IMG/VR virus record: IMGVR_UViG_2061766007_000116
Origin: an uncultured virus (IMG/VR IMGVR_UViG_2061766007_000116)
Taxonomy: Duplodnaviria > Heunggongvirae > Uroviricota > Caudoviricetes
Length of the DNA: 64,000 nt
Direction: 5' to 3' (one strand)
The notes beneath the pieces are model-generated. The model had not been told where the DNA came from and searched no databases. It saw only the letters and a program-made list of their open reading frames with translations. Position numbers and translations under genes: made by a program. Positions 59,402 to 64,000 of the stretch are shown here, piece by piece. Positions within the stretch are counted from its first letter, which is position 1, and each line of letters starts with the position of its first letter.

Positions 59402-59456
59402 AAAAAAAGCCGGAGTTACCTGTGCTGACTTTTCAGTCATTACAGATAACTCCGGC
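59402..59456 (-). terminator. Intrinsic terminator/attenuator hairpin
   Basis: GCCGGAGTTA...TAACTCCGGC stem with a T tract on the minus strand. Confidence 0.65.
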
Positions 59457-59504
59457 TGTTAGCTCCTCGCTGGTTACGGGGCTGATTGCGGTAGTTTCCT
59501 TGCC

Positions 59505-59690
59505 TTATGGATTTGTATTGTTTTTCGCGGCCTCCACCTGATATACGACGTCCTTCCAAGGGATCGTCACAAACTTCTTCTTATCTACCTTAACCTCCAA
59601 GGCCACGCGCTCCCCGTCGACAATCACATCGAAAACACGGGGCGGTACAAGCTGGTCACTGTGGAGGTCACGAATCGGTTTCCTGATCAA
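59505..59690 (-). CDS. Small hypothetical protein
   Basis: AGGAGG RBS, TTG start, lies between the two operators. Confidence 0.6.
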   Translation of the reverse strand: MIRKPIRDLHSDQLVPPRVFDVIVDGERVALEVKVDKKKFVTIPWKDVVYQVEAAKNNTNP

Positions 59691-59725
59691 TTATCCGTTC
59701 CTCCTGCGCCTTTTGCCCGTTTTGA

Positions 59726-59743
59726 CCGGACATGGCGTGTCCG
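59726..59743. promoter_or_regulatory. Second copy of the palindromic operator
   Basis: CCGGACATGGCGTGTCCG. Confidence 0.7.
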
Positions 59744-59759
59744 TTTTTTCTCAAAAAAA

Positions 59760-61655
59760 TTATAAAGTCACATCATACTGCGCCAGATAATCGAGATTGT
59801 CCTCAATCGGCTTTGCCCATTGCGTGCTGAGTACCTCGCTGATCCAAGACTGCTTCAGGTCGGTGAGCTTCAGAGGACAATTTAATACCCTCAGAAAATT
59901 TGTGCTTATCGCTGGCGGGAGATTCAGGCCGAGGCAGATGAGCACGGCGGTTCCAAGTTTCGGATTTGTTGCGCTCTTGACCGTGCGGCTGATCGTCTTC
60001 GGGTCTCGTCCGATTATTGCGCCGAGCTCTGTGTAATCCATTTTGCGCCAGTCAAGCAGGAGCTTGATGCACTGTTCCGGGTCTTCGGTCATCTGCTTGA
60101 GAATCTTGATCTCTTCTTCGCGGTCAGCCTTCCGCATGGCAATTTGCCGTTCCTGCGGGGCATTCTCGAATCCCTCATGGTAGGTCAGCTCGAATGTGTA
60201 GGCTCCCGGCTCCCGGTTGAGGAAGCAGATCGTGTGGTATTCTTCCTTGACGGGGCCTTTGATGGCCATATCAAAGACGAGGCAGCACTCGTCCATGTGG
60301 GACCGGGCATAATCCGTGAGCTGGATATGACCGCCTGCATCCCGTTCCACATACAGCGGGGCGTTATAGACGAAGTGGTTTTCTACGAAAAGGTAGTCGC
60401 CATCGCCCGTCAGGGAACGGAGGGCCGGATTGACCATCCGCTGGATGGCCGCATCCTGATTGCTGATCGTGAAGGTCTGATTCCGCTTGATCGAGCCCTT
60501 CTTATAGCTGTGGGGCCGGACGTAGTGGCCGTCCACGCTGGTGAGGGTGCCGACCGCTGTTTCAAAGCCGAGCTCGACAAGCCGGATCTTCGCAGCCTGC
60601 TTGGAAACGTGATAGTCCACGACGAGCTGCCCGATCACCATCTCCATGACGTCGATCTCGTGCACGGCATGGGTTTCCCGCATGAACTTGGAAATCAGGT
60701 AGCTGGCCCTCGCTTTGAAGGAGGCCGCAGGCATCTGGATTCGGGGCGTCAGCCAGTTGGCCTGCTGCTCCATCTTCTCTGTGGCCTGCCGCGCCATCTC
60801 TGCTTTCGCGCCGCCGACAACCTCGCAGCTTATGCTGGAGGCAGAGGCATTATACAGCTTCTCCAGAAGAAAGACCTTGCGGTGCTTGTCCCAATGCACG
60901 CACTCGTGGATGATAGTATTGTTCAGCGCACCGAGGTTTCTCAGCAGGAATACCTCCGGGTCAGCCACTATAGTTTTCGCGTCAATGTGGACCGGGACCA
61001 TTTTCCTTTGCGAGGGATTAAACATCTCCGTATCCGTATCGGCAAAGAAGATCTGCCCGAAGATGGACGCGTCCTCCCGGATATGCCCGGTACGTACTGT
61101 GAGCTCCAGCCGCTTGGCAAGGGTCATAGGGTCCACAAAGACGGGCGGCTGTCCGGCACGGGGGATCTGCAGCGCCTCGCTGTAGTGTTCCTCCAGAAAA
61201 CGGTGGGCCACCTCTTCGAGCTGCTCATACCGGATGTCCGGGACGAGCGCGTCCGACATGGAGTTGAGGGGCATGTTGCTCCGCTTCTGATAAGGGCAGA
61301 TGTTTATGGCCTGCCATCCGTCCAGCCCGGTGGCCAGATCACCTTCACAGGAGATGCGGACCCACGGATACAGGACGTCGTCGTAGTCGTTGTGGTGGTC
61401 AGCGGCTTTTACGGATACCTCAAGCTCCAGCCCGACATCAAAGGCGATGCGGTCGCCGGGGCGGTCTGTCACATAGACCCTTTGGACAGTGGCATCGGTG
61501 ATCTCGGCGGTTTCAATGCGCGGTACCCGTCTGGACTCAAGGCCAAGCTCATCCCAATGGGCATCAAACCACCGCTCGGCCGCATCATAGAGGCCGTTAT
61601 AGCATTTGCCCTTTACATATTCAAATATGGATCTGGCTGCGGCCACTGCGTTCAC
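59760..61655 (-). CDS. ImmA/IrrE-type metallopeptidase fused to a C-terminal XRE HTH
   Basis: TIIHECVHW (HEXXH), MEQQAN, ELGAIIGRDPKTISR HTH. Confidence 0.82.
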   Translation of the reverse strand: MNAVAAARSIFEYVKGKCYNGLYDAAERWFDAHWDELGLESRRVPRIETAEITDATVQRVYVTDRPGDRIAFDVGLELEVSVKAADHHNDYDDVLYPWVRISCEGDLATGLDGWQAINICPYQKRSNMPLNSMSDALVPDIRYEQLEEVAHRFLEEHYSEALQIPRAGQPPVFVDPMTLAKRLELTVRTGHIREDASIFGQIFFADTDTEMFNPSQRKMVPVHIDAKTIVADPEVFLLRNLGALNNTIIHECVHWDKHRKVFLLEKLYNASASSISCEVVGGAKAEMARQATEKMEQQANWLTPRIQMPAASFKARASYLISKFMRETHAVHEIDVMEMVIGQLVVDYHVSKQAAKIRLVELGFETAVGTLTSVDGHYVRPHSYKKGSIKRNQTFTISNQDAAIQRMVNPALRSLTGDGDYLFVENHFVYNAPLYVERDAGGHIQLTDYARSHMDECCLVFDMAIKGPVKEEYHTICFLNREPGAYTFELTYHEGFENAPQERQIAMRKADREEEIKILKQMTEDPEQCIKLLLDWRKMDYTELGAIIGRDPKTISRTVKSATNPKLGTAVLICLGLNLPPAISTNFLRVLNCPLKLTDLKQSWISEVLSTQWAKPIEDNLDYLAQYDVTL

Positions 61656-61719
61656 CTCGATTAAAGAGTGCTTATATTATACCATTTTCCCGGGTTAATT
61701 GATAGTCCCTGAAATGCGC

Positions 61720-62964
61720 TCAAGAGTACATCAGACCGGGCATTTTCACCTTGTCGCGGCCATCTCCGGGCATCTTCAGATCACCGAGAAGAACAGCGTA
61801 TGTGATTGCACCCTTCCCGAAGCGGCTGCGGAGATTCTCGATAGTGTCCTCCAGCCTCTCACGGCGGTCGCGNNNNNNNNNNNNNNNNNNNNNNNNCGAC
61901 AACTGTTCTTCTTCGCTTTTCGGGACCAAGTCAATGGCCCGGATGCAGACGGCCCGGACATTCTGTGTCCAGTGATACCGCTCCTTGAAGAGCTTAAACC
62001 CGGCTGCGGCCAGTTCGCTGGGGAGCTGTGTGCGGAACGGCAGTTTGCACTGGCATTGTATCCCGGTCAGATCGTTTGCCCTGATCCAGAGCTGCACACC
62101 TCGTGCGGTCAGGCCGTGGACGCGGAGCCGATGGCCCACGTCTTGCGACAGTTCCAGCATCACCTTAAACACCTCCTCCTCATTTTCAAGATCTGCTGTG
62201 CAGGTGATTCCATGCCCGACGCTCTTCACGGGGGAGACGAAGTCCTTGTGCATGACCCGTGACTGGTCCGTCCCGTTGGCGTAGCGCCAGAGGGCAAGCC
62301 CATTCACTCCAAACCATGACCGGAGGAGCTCCGGGGGCGTTTCGGCCACCTGCCCAATGGTGTGGATTCCGTAGTTGGCGAGCTTTCTTTCCGTGGCTGG
62401 TCCCACGTAGATCATTTCAGACGCGGCCAGCGGCCACACCTTCTCCCGGAAGTTCTCCGGCGTGATCTCCGTGACGGCATCGGGCTTCTTAAGGTCCGAT
62501 CCCAGCTTCGCAAAAATCTTGTTGAAGGACACGCCGACGCTGACCGTCAGGCCCAGCTCCTCACGAGTGGCAGCTCGGATCTGTTCCGCGATCTCCATCC
62601 CGGTGCCGCATTGATAGCGGCTTGCCGTCACGTCCAGCCAGCACTCATCCATCCCAAAGGGCTCCACCATATCCGTGTAGCGAAAGTAAATCTCATGAGC
62701 CAAGCGCGAGTATTTGATGTACTCGTCATACTGCGGGGGGACGACTGTCAGATTGGGGCATCTCTGACGGGCCTCCCAGCAGACCATGCCTGTCTTGACC
62801 CCGGCGCGCTTGGCCAGATCGGATTTGGCGAGGACGATGCCGTGCCTGTCCTCAACAGAGCCGCATACGGCCACGGCCTTCCCGCGCAGGGAGGGGTCCA
62901 GCATCATCTCGACGCTGGCGTAAAAACTGTTCATGTCACTGTGCAGGATCGCACGCTGCTGCAT
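61720..62964 (-). CDS. dinB: Y-family DNA polymerase IV (DinB/UvrX-like)
   Basis: HSDMNSFYASVE, GMDECWLD, AKLGSDLKKPD. Confidence 0.93.
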   Translation of the reverse strand: MQQRAILHSDMNSFYASVEMMLDPSLRGKAVAVCGSVEDRHGIVLAKSDLAKRAGVKTGMVCWEARQRCPNLTVVPPQYDEYIKYSRLAHEIYFRYTDMVEPFGMDECWLDVTASRYQCGTGMEIAEQIRAATREELGLTVSVGVSFNKIFAKLGSDLKKPDAVTEITPENFREKVWPLAASEMIYVGPATERKLANYGIHTIGQVAETPPELLRSWFGVNGLALWRYANGTDQSRVMHKDFVSPVKSVGHGITCTADLENEEEVFKVMLELSQDVGHRLRVHGLTARGVQLWIRANDLTGIQCQCKLPFRTQLPSELAAAGFKLFKERYHWTQNVRAVCIRAIDLVPKSEEEQLSXXXXXXXXRDRRERLEDTIENLRSRFGKGAITYAVLLGDLKMPGDGRDKVKMPGLMYS

Positions 62965-63061
62965 ACGGCTTCACCTCCTGCGGCTTCCTGTGGCCATCAT
63001 AATAAATCTCTTTAAACGAGATTTCAAGGTCGCATTTGTAGAGGATTAAGAGATTTTACAC

Positions 63062-63090
63062 TTGACAAGGGTGTTTTCCCCTTATATAAT
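63062..63090 (+). promoter_or_regulatory. Consensus sigma-A promoter with a dyad operator in the spacer
   Basis: TTGACA-N17-TATAAT containing AAGGG-N7-CCCTT. Confidence 0.8.
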
Positions 63091-63120
63091 TTGGCCATAA
63101 CAAGAAAAGGACGGTGCGCT

Positions 63121-63930
63121 ATGAAAGCAAAAGTCATCCCTATCAGTGCCGCGCAGGCACAGGGCTATAACGCCGCAAAAGAAAAAGAACACAACATCAT
63201 CGGCGCACGGATTGCTGAAGCCCGGAAAAAGAGCGGTATGACCCTGACGGATCTGAGTGCCTGCCTTGAAGGGCTGGGAGTGAAGGCATCACGCGGTGCG
63301 GCCAGCAAGTGGGAAACGGGAGAAACCGTGCCGAATGCATACCAGCTTGTCGCTGTGTTTAATGCTCTTGGCATGGGAGACCGCCTTTCCTATTTCATGG
63401 AGAACTATGTCCCGCCTCTGAATGACGCTGGCCTCCGCAAGGTGGAGGAGTATAAGGCAGACCTGATAGCCAGCGGGAAATACAGACCCGCACCGAGGAT
63501 TGCCAGCGTCATCCGGTATATCGATATGCCAGTCAGCAATCTGGCGGTCTCTGCCGGACTGGGCGCGTTCCTCGATGAGGGGAACTTCGAGATGATCAGC
63601 TTCCCGGAGGACAAGGTCCCCGATGGAGCAGACTTCGGCATCCGGGTATCCGGTGATTCGATGGAGCCCGTGTATCATGACGGCCAGATCGTATGGGTGC
63701 AGGAGTGCGAACAGATCGGCATCGGGCAGGTCGGCGTTTTCGTTTATGATAACGAAGGCTTCCTCAAGATCTACTCCGAGCAGGAGCCGGATGAGGAGAT
63801 CGCGGAGGAGTTTACTGACAGCTATGGGGTTGTCCATCCCCAGCCTGTGCTGGAATCGTACAATCCGAAATACGCACCGAAAGTGCTCCAGCCCAGCGCG
63901 GTTTTTCAAATCGTCGGGCGGGTCCTGTAA
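63121..63930 (+). CDS. XRE HTH plus S24 peptidase (LexA/CI-like) repressor
   Basis: HTH ASKWETGETVP, Ala-Gly cleavage site VSAGLG, SGDSMEP Ser and LK Lys. Confidence 0.9.
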   Translation: MKAKVIPISAAQAQGYNAAKEKEHNIIGARIAEARKKSGMTLTDLSACLEGLGVKASRGAASKWETGETVPNAYQLVAVFNALGMGDRLSYFMENYVPPLNDAGLRKVEEYKADLIASGKYRPAPRIASVIRYIDMPVSNLAVSAGLGAFLDEGNFEMISFPEDKVPDGADFGIRVSGDSMEPVYHDGQIVWVQECEQIGIGQVGVFVYDNEGFLKIYSEQEPDEEIAEEFTDSYGVVHPQPVLESYNPKYAPKVLQPSAVFQIVGRVL

Positions 63931-63992
63931 TAGAGTCCATTTTTTGGGACACTATCAGGCTGGGTCCGTTTAGAGTCCGTTTTTTGGGACAC
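63931..63992. repeat. 22-bp direct repeat TAGAGTCC(A/G)TTTTTTGGGACAC with 40-bp period
   Basis: Copies at 63931-63952 and 63971-63992, 21/22 identical. Confidence 0.8.
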
Positions 63993-64000
63993 CATTGAGT

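Larger units (their letters stand above)
4190..64000 (-). mobile_element. Temperate siphovirus prophage with twin serine recombinases; right end at or beyond the window edge, left boundary approximate
   Basis: Complete co-oriented integration, lysis, tail, head, packaging, replication and regulation modules. Host-type genes lie left of ~4.1 kb and a repeat array sits at 4199-4305. Confidence 0.93.

Noticed and set aside
26003..61664. Long plus-strand ORFs (e.g. 26003-27250, 26950-28281, 31361-32578, 36942-38432, 52538-54100, 60144-61664)
   Set aside because: These are antisense shadows of GC-rich minus-strand phage genes with no recognisable motifs.

Overview
Most of this window (about 4.2 kb to the right edge) is a nearly complete temperate siphovirus prophage from a Bacillota (Clostridia-like) host, almost all on the minus strand. 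From right to left it carries: a LexA-like repressor and DinB; an ImmA/IrrE-HTH regulator; a sigma-like protein; a replication module (DUF2800 nuclease, SSB, family A DNA polymerase, P4-type primase, VRR-NUC, SNF2 helicase); a late activator; HNH/TerS; a SAM synthetase and a ParB-methylase; a block of small genes; TerL; head, tail and lysis genes; two serine recombinases; and an accessory island. Host genes occupy the first ~4 kb. The scaffold has many N gaps, allelic duplications and at least two misordered fragments. Main findings: (1) a SAM-I-clan riboswitch with promoter, antiterminator and terminator next to the packaging/SAM synthetase/methylase module, placed ahead of an orphan gene and antisense to the late genes; (2) six helically phased promoter plus spaced-palindrome units, each heading a small-gene cassette between the methylase and TerL; (3) a Thg1-like polymerase, PNK-type kinase and ADP-ribosylglycohydrolase operon bracketed by a duplicated recombinase 3' end; (4) a lipoprotein-anchored nuclease pair; (5) a 32-bp promoter-like motif shared by the replication and recombinase operons. 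Family assignments come from motif recognition, not database searches.
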